Assembly: GCA_001769655.1 (NCBI GenBank)
Contig: MEPC01000024.1
Coordinates: 77,572-141,571 of the forward strand
Direction of reading: 5' to 3'
Length of the DNA: 64,000 bases
Origin: Bacteroidetes bacterium RIFCSPLOWO2_12_FULL_37_12
GTDB lineage: Bacteria > Bacteroidota > Bacteroidia > 2-12-FULL-37-12
Under the pieces are notes generated by a model. It ran no database searches and had not been told where the DNA came from. It saw only the letters and a program-made list of their open reading frames with translations. Below are positions 10,370 through 18,684 of this stretch, in pieces. Position numbers and translations under genes: made by a program. Position 1 is the stretch's first letter. Each line of letters begins with the position of its first letter.

Positions 10370-10377
10370 TAATTTTG
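10370..10377 (+). promoter_or_regulatory. Bacteroidetes-type -7 box TAATTTTG upstream of gamma-CA gene
   Basis: TAnnTTTG motif lies 20 nt upstream of the ATG. The 14-nt block atttcgtaattttg is identical to the block upstream of the gene at 13972. Confidence 0.45.
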
Positions 10378-10397
10378 CACCAATTATTCAACCTTGC

Positions 10398-10913
10398 ATG
10401 TCTTCCATTAATTTTTCTACTCATAAAATTGATTTTCTGGGGAAAAATGTATTTATAGCCGCAACTGCCAGCGTTTTCGGCAAGGTCAGTATCGGTGACC
10501 GCTCTTCTGTATGGTTTGGAGCTGTAATCCGTGGTGACACCGATGCAATTTCAATCGGAGAAGAAACCAATATACAAGACCTTTGTATTCTGCATGTTGA
10601 TAAAGGGGTACCCTTAAAAGTTGGCAACCGTGTTACTGTGGGTCATGCCGCAATTTTACACGGCGCTACCATTGGAAACGATTGTCTGATAGGGATTAGA
10701 GCGACTGTACTAAACAGAGCGGTCATTGGAAATAATTGTTTGATAGGGGCACATTCGTTGGTAACGGAAGGCATGATTATACCGGATAATTCCCTCGTGC
10801 TGGGATCGCCCGCAAAAATTATAAAATCACTTACTACCGAACAACTGGAACGTATTAAAAAAAATGCACAGAATTATGTAGCTTTGTCGGCAGTTTATCT
10901 TTCTGCCCCTTAA
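10398..10913 (+). CDS. gamma-class carbonic anhydrase / hexapeptide-repeat (LbH) family protein
   Basis: Left-handed beta-helix hexapeptide repeats (VGHAAILHGATIGNDCLIG; AVIGNNCLIGAHSLV), typical of the YrdA/PaaY gamma-CA family. Confidence 0.85.
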   Translation: MSSINFSTHKIDFLGKNVFIAATASVFGKVSIGDRSSVWFGAVIRGDTDAISIGEETNIQDLCILHVDKGVPLKVGNRVTVGHAAILHGATIGNDCLIGIRATVLNRAVIGNNCLIGAHSLVTEGMIIPDNSLVLGSPAKIIKSLTTEQLERIKKNAQNYVALSAVYLSAP

Positions 10914-10953
10914 ATTTTTCTATTTTCTATTTTTTATCTTCTATCTTCTACCC

Positions 10954-13068
10954 ATGAATCTATCTCTCTTCCCGTTTTTCCGGTTTACGTTCTTATTAAT
11001 TACCGGTTTTCTATTAGCCCCTGTATTTGAACTAAAAATAAATTTTATTTTTTGGCTGTGGGGAATTCTATCAGCATCGTATTTATTTCTAAGTATTTTT
11101 TGGAAAAAAATAAAAATTCCCCGTCTCTTTACCATAAAAAAAATACTATTGGTTTTCATTATAATATCCGGAGGTATTATCCTGAAAATAGAAACAAACC
11201 CATTAAGAGATGAAAATCATATCAGTAAACAAATTCCAGAAAAAAAATGGAAAAAAGAGGATTTCAGGTACATAGCTGTGGTAAGCACGTTCCCCAATGA
11301 GAAAAATAAAAACTTTAAAACTGAACTTGAGGTGGAATTCATTTATAAAGAAAAAAAATGGAAGCCCGCTACCGGAAAAATTTTTACCACCTTTAAAAAG
11401 GACTCTCTGAATAAAATTATCCCGGAATACGGAGACCGTTTGGTCGTTGATGGATTTCCTGAAAAAATTATTTCAACAGGAAATCCAGGTCAATTTGATC
11501 CCTTTGCTTATTTCTCAACTCATGGAATTTTTCACAAACAAAAAATAAAAACATGGAAGGTCATTGAGCATAATTACAAAACAAACCCGCTTTATGCTCT
11601 TTCACAGAAATGCAGACTGTTATTGAGTAAGCAGTTGACACAATATATAGAGGATATTCGTTCCCGTTCGGTTGCCATTTCTGTTTTGCTCGGAGATAAA
11701 ACACAATTGGATAATGCGCTTATGCAAGCATATTCACATACCGGAGCCATGCATGTGCTCGCTGTTTCCGGATTGCATGTAGCCATTTTATTTATCATCC
11801 TTCAACATCTGACTTCATTTTTATTGCGATTAAAAAACGGAAATCATTTACAAACCGGTGTCATTTTTTTATTGCTGTTGTTTTATGCTTTTCTTACAGG
11901 TCTTTCTCCCTCCGTTTTGCGTTCTGTATTCATGTTTTCACTTATTCTGGTATCAAAAACATTTCAGCGGCAATCGAATATTCTGAATACCTTATTTTCT
12001 TCCGCATTTTTTCTTCTCTTGTATAATCCAATGTTTATGTATGACGTAGGATTTCAGCTTTCTTATACTGCTGTCATATCAATTGTCATTTTTCAAAAGC
12101 CCATTCACGGATTAGTTCATACTAAAAATAAAATAATTGAATTTGTATGGAATATCACCAGCGTGTCGCTTGCCGCACAGGTTTTTACTTTACCCATTAC
12201 GCTCGGTTGTTTCGGACAATATCCGGTGTATTCCCTGTTATCAAATCTGCTGGTAATTCCATTATCTACTTTTATACTTTATGGAGGAACCGCATTATTT
12301 ACTGTCTCCTTTATTCCATGGCTGGCTAAAACAGTTGGTTTTATTTTAAATATCCTGCTACTGATAATGAACAATGGCATTCTTTGGATAGAAAAATTAC
12401 CGTTTGCTTCGCTACAGGTTCCAATGTTTGACTATGTCAAAGTAGGATGTCTGTATGCCATTATATTTTCATTAATGTTGTTTGGAAGAACGAGAATTTT
12501 GATTTTCTTTGCCGTTTTTGTCTTTTTTTCGGGGTTTATCATTTTCAATGTTAAAAAAGAAGATGTGCATTTAAAAAATCGTAGGGAATTAATTGTATAT
12601 AACGTCAGGTCCAAATTTCTTATGGAAATCAACAAAGGGTATGGGAGTGAAATTTATGCTGATGCACCTGAAAGTGACAGTATTTTGCAGAATGTTTATC
12701 TAAAGCCATCATTTAATAACCGGGGAGTAAAAACACACCGTTGGCATAATTTAACCTACAGCGATACCTCAGCCATTCAATTTTTTGCCTTGGGTGGAAA
12801 AAAAATTGCCCTTGTAAAAAATGACACTTGCTTACCAAATCCAGATACGTTGCCTGTAAAAATTGATTTTTTGATAATTAAGAACAAGTTGATTTCTAAA
12901 CCAATTCTTAAAAAACTGTTACTTCTTTTCAAACCGGAATATTTAGTGACTGTAGGACTTAAAAATTCATACTTGACAAAATGGCTACAGATGCAATGTG
13001 ACAGACAAAAAACAAAGCGTTATGATTTAAACCAATCGGGAACTTTTCGTTTTGTGGTGGAAGAATGA
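10954..13068 (+). CDS. comEC: DNA internalization competence protein ComEC/Rec2
   Basis: N-terminal DUF4131-like TM region and ComEC competence domain (LLGDKTQLDNALMQAYSHTGAMHVLAVSGLHVAILF). No convincing C-terminal metallo-beta-lactamase domain. Confidence 0.85.
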   Translation: MNLSLFPFFRFTFLLITGFLLAPVFELKINFIFWLWGILSASYLFLSIFWKKIKIPRLFTIKKILLVFIIISGGIILKIETNPLRDENHISKQIPEKKWKKEDFRYIAVVSTFPNEKNKNFKTELEVEFIYKEKKWKPATGKIFTTFKKDSLNKIIPEYGDRLVVDGFPEKIISTGNPGQFDPFAYFSTHGIFHKQKIKTWKVIEHNYKTNPLYALSQKCRLLLSKQLTQYIEDIRSRSVAISVLLGDKTQLDNALMQAYSHTGAMHVLAVSGLHVAILFIILQHLTSFLLRLKNGNHLQTGVIFLLLLFYAFLTGLSPSVLRSVFMFSLILVSKTFQRQSNILNTLFSSAFFLLLYNPMFMYDVGFQLSYTAVISIVIFQKPIHGLVHTKNKIIEFVWNITSVSLAAQVFTLPITLGCFGQYPVYSLLSNLLVIPLSTFILYGGTALFTVSFIPWLAKTVGFILNILLLIMNNGILWIEKLPFASLQVPMFDYVKVGCLYAIIFSLMLFGRTRILIFFAVFVFFSGFIIFNVKKEDVHLKNRRELIVYNVRSKFLMEINKGYGSEIYADAPESDSILQNVYLKPSFNNRGVKTHRWHNLTYSDTSAIQFFALGGKKIALVKNDTCLPNPDTLPVKIDFLIIKNKLISKPILKKLLLLFKPEYLVTVGLKNSYLTKWLQMQCDRQKTKRYDLNQSGTFRFVVEE

Positions 13069-13855
13069 TTATTTTTATGTTCCTTTGTCGGTGACTCGAC
13101 TTATTATTTTATTTAAATCAATGCCACATTTCCGTTTTCCGTTTTTTTATAAAAAACTTTTCGGTTTAAAAATAATACGTTGGATTGTCCGGATTTTTGT
13201 CTGGTTTATTTGCCTATCCTTTTTCTGGGTTCTTCTCTATAAATGGATGAATCCTCCCTTTACATACCTGATGTTTGAACGGAAAATGTCAGCCATTTTT
13301 TCAGGCAAGAAAAGCAGTGAGATACATTACGAATGGGTGTCACTTAAAAATGTATCCAAAAATTTACCCCTTGCCGTAATTGCCTCTGAAGACCAGAATT
13401 TTTCATCCCATTGGGGCTTTGACATGGATGCCATTAAAAAAGCCGTTAAGCATAATAAAAGACATAAACGAAAAAGAGGCGCCAGCACCATTTCCCAGCA
13501 GGTAGCCAAAAATGCTTTTTTATGGAGTGGCAGAAGTTATTTACGTAAGGGCTTGGAAGTTTATTTTACTGTTCTGATAGAATTGCTATGGAGTAAAAAG
13601 AGAATTGTGGAAGTATACATCAATATTGCTGAGATGGGCGACAGAGTGTTTGGTGCAAAATGCACTGCCGAACATTATTTTAAGACCTCACCCGTGAAAC
13701 TGAATATGTATCAATGTGCCTTAATAGCATCCGTTTTACCAAATCCAAGAAAATACAAAATCAATAACCCGGGAAATTTTATATTGAAAAGACAACGATG
13801 GATTTTAAGGCAGATGCGGCAGATGGGAGGAGTGGGTTATTTAAAGGAATTGTAG
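13052..13855 (+). CDS. mtgA: monofunctional biosynthetic peptidoglycan transglycosylase (GT51)
   Basis: GT51 motifs IASEDQNFSSHWGFD and RGASTISQQVAKN, with N-terminal TM. The start is probably an internal M (e.g. 13121), because the ORF overlaps comEC by 17 nt. Confidence 0.85.
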   Translation: MWWKNDYFYVPLSVTRLIILFKSMPHFRFPFFYKKLFGLKIIRWIVRIFVWFICLSFFWVLLYKWMNPPFTYLMFERKMSAIFSGKKSSEIHYEWVSLKNVSKNLPLAVIASEDQNFSSHWGFDMDAIKKAVKHNKRHKRKRGASTISQQVAKNAFLWSGRSYLRKGLEVYFTVLIELLWSKKRIVEVYINIAEMGDRVFGAKCTAEHYFKTSPVKLNMYQCALIASVLPNPRKYKINNPGNFILKRQRWILRQMRQMGGVGYLKEL

Positions 13856-13878
13856 AGACACGGTGCACCGTGTCTCTG
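13855..13878. repeat. 24-bp perfect palindrome AGAGACACGGTGCACCGTGTCTCT immediately after mtgA stop (copy 1 of 2)
   Basis: The sequence is its own reverse complement. An identical element occurs at 56850-56873. The mtgA TAG stop is embedded in the extended palindrome. Confidence 0.8.
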
Positions 13879-13886
13879 CATAACGT

Positions 13887-13926
13887 TATACCTTTATACC
13901 CTATACCTTTATACCCTTATACCTTT
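13887..13926. repeat. CCTATACC/CCTTTATACC octamer-type tandem array
   Basis: Member of a dispersed GGTATAGG-family intergenic repeat, seen at 9 or more sites in the window. Confidence 0.7.
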
Positions 13927-13944
13927 TTAGTTGAAAATATTTCG

Positions 13945-13952
13945 TAATTTTG
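13945..13952 (+). promoter_or_regulatory. -7 box TAATTTTG upstream of bacilliredoxin gene
   Basis: TAnnTTTG lies 20 nt upstream of the ATG at 13972. The flanking block is identical to the one at 10364-10377. Confidence 0.45.
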
Positions 13953-13971
13953 TAGAAAAAATTGAAGCACT

Positions 13972-14394
13972 ATGGCAAATTATCCTGAATTTATGGTAGC
14001 ACCAATCCGGCAGGATTTGGTGAATGTTGGCTTTGAACAACTTCTCACGCCCGACGAGGTTGACAAAACCATTCGTAACACAAAAGGCACTGTATTAATG
14101 TGCGTTAATTCCGTTTGCGGTTGTGCCGCAGGCAAGGCAAGACCCGCATTAAAACTGGCAATACAACATGCAAAAAAACCAACTAAATTAGTAACGGTTT
14201 TTGCAGGTATGGAGCAAGATGCAACCGCCAAAGCCAGAGAATTTATGACGCCTTATCCTCCCTCCTCTCCCAGTATTGCATTATTCAAAGAAGGGAAATT
14301 AGTTCATTTAATTGAACGACATCAGATAGAATCAGCGGAAGTGCAGATGATTGTGGATAATCTGGTGGGAGCGTTTGACGAGCATTGTGGGTGA
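13972..14394 (+). CDS. bacilliredoxin (BrxA/BrxB/YphP, DUF1094) thiol-disulfide oxidoreductase
   Basis: Diagnostic CGC redox motif in MCVNSVCGCAAGKARPAL. Overall similarity to the YphP/YqiW family. 140 aa. Confidence 0.75.
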   Translation: MANYPEFMVAPIRQDLVNVGFEQLLTPDEVDKTIRNTKGTVLMCVNSVCGCAAGKARPALKLAIQHAKKPTKLVTVFAGMEQDATAKAREFMTPYPPSSPSIALFKEGKLVHLIERHQIESAEVQMIVDNLVGAFDEHCG

Positions 14395-14400
14395 GGAATC

Positions 14401-16254
14401 CTAATTCCCCCCTTTCTCCACCCACTCACCTACCCACTGCTCCGAAATAGTCAGTGGCACTGCGCCGGAAGACAAAAACCGATCGTGAAATTTGCGAATG
14501 TCAAATTTCGTCCCCAATTTATGCTTTGCATATTCGCGTAATTCCAGAATTTTTAACATCCCTATCATATACGCACATGCCTGTCCCGGATTCACAATAT
14601 AACGTTCTATGGCTTTAGTGCAGATCCCTTCGGTAGAGGGAGTATTCTCCAATAAATAATCAATGGCTTTTTTGCGGGTCCATTTTTTACGATGGATACC
14701 TGTATCAACCACTAACCGGCACGCCCTCCAGAGTTTCATGGATAACCTGCCAAAATCAGAATAAGGGTCTTTATAAAATCCGTATTCTTTCGGAAAATGT
14801 TCGCAATACAAACCCCATCCTTCAATGTATGCGGAGTAAGAGGAATGTTTGCGGAATTCGGGAAGACCTACCATCTCTTGTGCCAGCGACAGTTGCGTAT
14901 GATGACCCGGTATCCCCTCGTGATAGGAAAGCGCTTCATTTTCATAAGAAGGTAAATCATTCATCCGGTATGTGTTTATTCTGAAAATACCCGGACGGCT
15001 TCCGTTAGTGGCGCCTTCTTCGTAATATGCCTCAGATACCGATGCTTCTTTAAATGCTTCCACCGGTTTTACTTCCAGATCCGCTTTTGGTTTTAAAATA
15101 AAAAATTCATCCAAACGCATTTTCATATTATTAATTATAGATGTGAAATCGTTAATGATGGATTCTTTTCCCTGTTCATTCTGATCATAATAAAACTGTT
15201 TATCGGTTCGTAAAAAATTGAAAAAGGAGGTTAAATCACCTTCCCATCCTACCCGTTTCATGATTTCTTTCATCTCTGAATGAATTGTTGCAACTTCTTT
15301 TAATCCCAATTCGTGAATTTCATCGGCTGTCATTTTTACAGTTGTATGGTCCTCAAGAATCGCATTATAAAAATTATTTCCATCGGGAAATTTCCAAACG
15401 CCATCATCAGTAGTACTCTTTTTTTCCAATTCTTTAAGACAACCCAATAATTTACGATATGCCGGTTTTACTGAATGTTCAATGGCTCTGACAACCTCTT
15501 TTAACAAATTGGTTTTCATTTCCGGTGAAATTTTTATGGAATCAATTTTTGAAATGAAATCCTGATAGAAAATATGCTCGCCGGTTTTTCCAGTTAAAAG
15601 ATTTTCACAATCGGAATAAAGGTAAGAAAAAACAAATTTTGGTGGAATGATTCCCTCCTTTGCACGGACTTCAATATTTTCTATCAACCTATTGAATTTA
15701 TCAGTGGCACCTTTTAAACGCTGAATATAAGCCAGTGCATCAGTGACACTGTCAATAGCGTGAACTGATAACATCAATGTAGGAAAATTACTATGAAAAC
15801 CATCATACTGGCTTATCGGATAATTATAATGCCGGTATTTGTACATGTGTATAGAATGTTGCCTGCTTTCACGAAAAAGTTGGTAACTTAATAAATCAGT
15901 TGGGTTTAAAAGCGTAGTGTCAAACAGGGCAAGCGTATCCAGTTCTAATTTACTATTTTTCATTTCTTTTTCCAGAAAATCATCCGAAATATCATCCAAT
16001 TGATCGTTTTTCATTTTCAAACCAAGAAAGGAAGCAAACTCAGGATAACGCTCTACATAGTTATCCCAACAACGCTGAAAAAAGGAATTGAGTTTTTGTG
16101 ATTCGGCTTGTGCAGGATTTTCAGATTGCAGTCCTTCTTTCACAGATGATTTATTTTCCGGATTTTTATTTTCGCAGGAAATAAATAAACTGGAAAGGAT
16201 GAGGATAGTTATGAGATTTTTTATATACATAAAATAATATTGAATAATGAACAA
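14401..16254 (-). CDS. DUF885-family secreted putative metallopeptidase
   Basis: Signal peptide plus lipobox-like motif (LFISCEN). The DUF885 hallmark is YHEGIPGHHTQLSLAQE. 617 aa. Confidence 0.7.
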   Translation of the reverse strand: MFIIQYYFMYIKNLITILILSSLFISCENKNPENKSSVKEGLQSENPAQAESQKLNSFFQRCWDNYVERYPEFASFLGLKMKNDQLDDISDDFLEKEMKNSKLELDTLALFDTTLLNPTDLLSYQLFRESRQHSIHMYKYRHYNYPISQYDGFHSNFPTLMLSVHAIDSVTDALAYIQRLKGATDKFNRLIENIEVRAKEGIIPPKFVFSYLYSDCENLLTGKTGEHIFYQDFISKIDSIKISPEMKTNLLKEVVRAIEHSVKPAYRKLLGCLKELEKKSTTDDGVWKFPDGNNFYNAILEDHTTVKMTADEIHELGLKEVATIHSEMKEIMKRVGWEGDLTSFFNFLRTDKQFYYDQNEQGKESIINDFTSIINNMKMRLDEFFILKPKADLEVKPVEAFKEASVSEAYYEEGATNGSRPGIFRINTYRMNDLPSYENEALSYHEGIPGHHTQLSLAQEMVGLPEFRKHSSYSAYIEGWGLYCEHFPKEYGFYKDPYSDFGRLSMKLWRACRLVVDTGIHRKKWTRKKAIDYLLENTPSTEGICTKAIERYIVNPGQACAYMIGMLKILELREYAKHKLGTKFDIRKFHDRFLSSGAVPLTISEQWVGEWVEKGGN

Positions 16255-16346
16255 GGAATAATGAATTTCGAAGTAACCATAACTTCAACATTCATTATTC
16301 CTTGTTCGATATTCATTATTTCTTTTTGGTTCCGTCTTCCGGCTTT

Positions 16347-17393
16347 CTAAAACTTCAAGCAATTTCCATTTCTTGTTACCTCAAGCGAAACATTTCTGCC
16401 AAAAATTAACGGATGATTTACTTCTTCATGTCCGGCAGGAAATCCGAATGTCACCGGATAATTATATTCAGAGACGGTTTCTAAAATTATTTGATATGCA
16501 TTCTTTCCGAACGGAACAGGATTGTCGTGCATTTGTGACATGTAACCAACAATCAGCGCAGCTAAAGAATCTAATTTCCCGCTTCTTTTTAAATGAATCA
16601 TCATCCGGTCTATGTGGTAATAATATTCGTCAAGGTCTTCTATAAAAAGAATTTTGCCGGCTGTTTTAAAATCAGTAGAAGTACCCAGGAGATTATGTAA
16701 AATGCTCAGATTTCCACCAATCAATTCTCCCTTACATTCTCCTGTTTTATCTAAAGCGTGTGCGGGAAAATTATAGTGAATGTTTTCTCCCATCAAGACA
16801 TTCATTATATATTCAGTTGATTCTGATGATAATCCTTTATAAAAGTATATAGCCATGGGACCGTGAATACATTCTACCTGATGATTTAATGATTGAATTA
16901 AATGCACCGTTACATCGCTGAACCCCAACAACCATTTTGGTGATTTTTTATAACCGGAAAAATCTATTTTATCGGCAATTCTCAAACTGCCATATCCACC
17001 TCTTGCAAAAAGGATAGCCCTGCAATTTGTGTCATCAAGCGCTTCTTGAAAATCTGAAAGACGTTGTTCATCATTTCCTGCATATTGGTGACAGGTTTCA
17101 TAAAGAAATTTTCCGCAAACAACGTTGAAGCCCCATTGAGTCAGTTTTTCAATGGCTGGTTCCATTTCGTCGGGCGTAACTCTTCTTGCGGTGGAGATGA
17201 TTTTAACTAAATCACCTTTTTTTAAAAAGGGCGGTGTGAGCAAGGGTGTATTGATAAGCAAACTTACATGAATTTTTTTGATTCTATAACATACTGCCAC
17301 TTTTTTGTTTTTCCCAAACCTGTTTAAGACCGGTATAATAGTATTGGAATTGTTCAGGAAAATCTCTCCAACTATCAGCAGGCTTTGGCTCAT
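16347..17393 (-). CDS. ldcA: LD-carboxypeptidase (peptidase S66, muropeptide recycling)
   Basis: S66 motifs GDLVKIISTARRV and AILFARGGYGSLRI. The N-terminus from the ORF track is probably over-extended. Confidence 0.75.
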   Translation of the reverse strand: MSQSLLIVGEIFLNNSNTIIPVLNRFGKNKKVAVCYRIKKIHVSLLINTPLLTPPFLKKGDLVKIISTARRVTPDEMEPAIEKLTQWGFNVVCGKFLYETCHQYAGNDEQRLSDFQEALDDTNCRAILFARGGYGSLRIADKIDFSGYKKSPKWLLGFSDVTVHLIQSLNHQVECIHGPMAIYFYKGLSSESTEYIMNVLMGENIHYNFPAHALDKTGECKGELIGGNLSILHNLLGTSTDFKTAGKILFIEDLDEYYYHIDRMMIHLKRSGKLDSLAALIVGYMSQMHDNPVPFGKNAYQIILETVSEYNYPVTFGFPAGHEEVNHPLIFGRNVSLEVTRNGNCLKF

Positions 17394-17541
17394 TACCTTA
17401 AATCATTAAGAATAATGGAATCGGGATAAGAGGATGGAGGGGGGAAAGTAGTATATTTGCGGAGTGCTTCTCTGTAGAAAGATCATGGTTACGAACATCG
17501 CGTCTGAAATGGTGCTTTCAGAAACTTTTATTGATTGATTC

Positions 17542-18654
17542 ATGAGCAACCTAAAAAAGAACTATTCCGAATTTGCACAAATTGCTTCATTGATTGATGA
17601 AGGAAGAAACAGGGCATTTCATAAAGTGAATGAAGAGTTGGTGTTGCTTTATTTTAAAGTCGGAAATATTATTTCAACGAAAGTTTCGGAGGGAGCATGG
17701 GGTGAAGGAACGGTTGACGAATTGGCGGGATACATTGAAACTTCATATCCGGGGTTAACGGGTTTCAACCGCAGGGGCTTGTATCGCATGAAGCAATTTT
17801 ATGAAACCTATACGGTAAACGAATTTGTGTCACCGATGGCGACACATTTACAAACTTATTTGAAAACCACCCCTGATAACTCAAAAGTGTCAACACTGCC
17901 GACACAATTGACGGATAACAACTATTTACATCATGAATTTGTGACAACAGTGTTGACACAAATTAACTGGACAAACCACCGTTTAATTCTTTCAAAAACA
18001 AAATCACCTGAAGAAAAATTTTATTATCTGCTAACTTCCATAAAAGAAAAGTATAGCACTCGTGAATTAGAAAGGGCATTAAATACAGCTCAATTTGAGA
18101 GGGTAATGCTTTCAAACCCAATTGTGTCCGCAGTGCGGACACAATTACCTCAAAACCTTTTCAAAGATCCCTATATTTTTGAATTCCTTGATTTACCGGA
18201 AGGACATTCCGAAAAAGATTTGGAAAAAGCGCTAATCAAAAACCTGCAAAAATTTATTCTGGAAGTTGGCAAAGGATTTACATACATGGGCAATCAATAC
18301 CGCCTGCAGGTTGGTAACAAAGATTATTTCACTGATTTGCTTTTTTATCACAGGGATTTACAATGCCTTGTTTTATTTGATTTGAAGATTCAGGAGTTTG
18401 AACCTGAGTTTTTGGGTAAGTTGAATTTCTACATGGAAGCGCTTGACCGTGATGTAAAACGCAAACACGAAAACCCAAGTGTGGGTGTTCTGCTTTGCAA
18501 AGGAAAAGACACGGAAGTAGTGGAATATGCAATGGCAAGAAATACATCGCCTGCCTTGATTGCTGATTACGAAACCAAATTGATTCCTAAAAAGGTGTTG
18601 GCGGACAAACTTCACCAACTGGGGGAGGAATTATCAAAAGAAGATATTGATTGA
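17542..18654 (+). CDS. YhcG-like PDDEXK nuclease (DUF1016 family)
   Basis: N-terminal DUF1016 helical domain and C-terminal PD-(D/E)xK core (FTDLLFYHRDLQCLVLFDLKIQEF, VGVLLCKGKDTEVVEYAM). Confidence 0.7.
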   Translation: MSNLKKNYSEFAQIASLIDEGRNRAFHKVNEELVLLYFKVGNIISTKVSEGAWGEGTVDELAGYIETSYPGLTGFNRRGLYRMKQFYETYTVNEFVSPMATHLQTYLKTTPDNSKVSTLPTQLTDNNYLHHEFVTTVLTQINWTNHRLILSKTKSPEEKFYYLLTSIKEKYSTRELERALNTAQFERVMLSNPIVSAVRTQLPQNLFKDPYIFEFLDLPEGHSEKDLEKALIKNLQKFILEVGKGFTYMGNQYRLQVGNKDYFTDLLFYHRDLQCLVLFDLKIQEFEPEFLGKLNFYMEALDRDVKRKHENPSVGVLLCKGKDTEVVEYAMARNTSPALIADYETKLIPKKVLADKLHQLGEELSKEDID

Positions 18655-18684
18655 TGGACAAAAAACAATTACAACATACAATCC

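Noticed and set aside
16255-16345. 21-bp inverted repeat aatgaacaaggaataatgaat / attcattattccttgttc between the DUF885 gene and ldcA
   Set aside because: Probably an ordinary terminator for ldcA or operator for the DUF885 gene. It is noted but not distinctive enough for a finding. It is AT-rich, so stability is modest.
17393-17440. Short stretch (ccttaaatcattaagaataatggaatcggg) resembling the TPR-gene sequence at 19028
   Set aside because: Only about 25 nt of similarity in an AT-rich context. This is insufficient to call a gene remnant.
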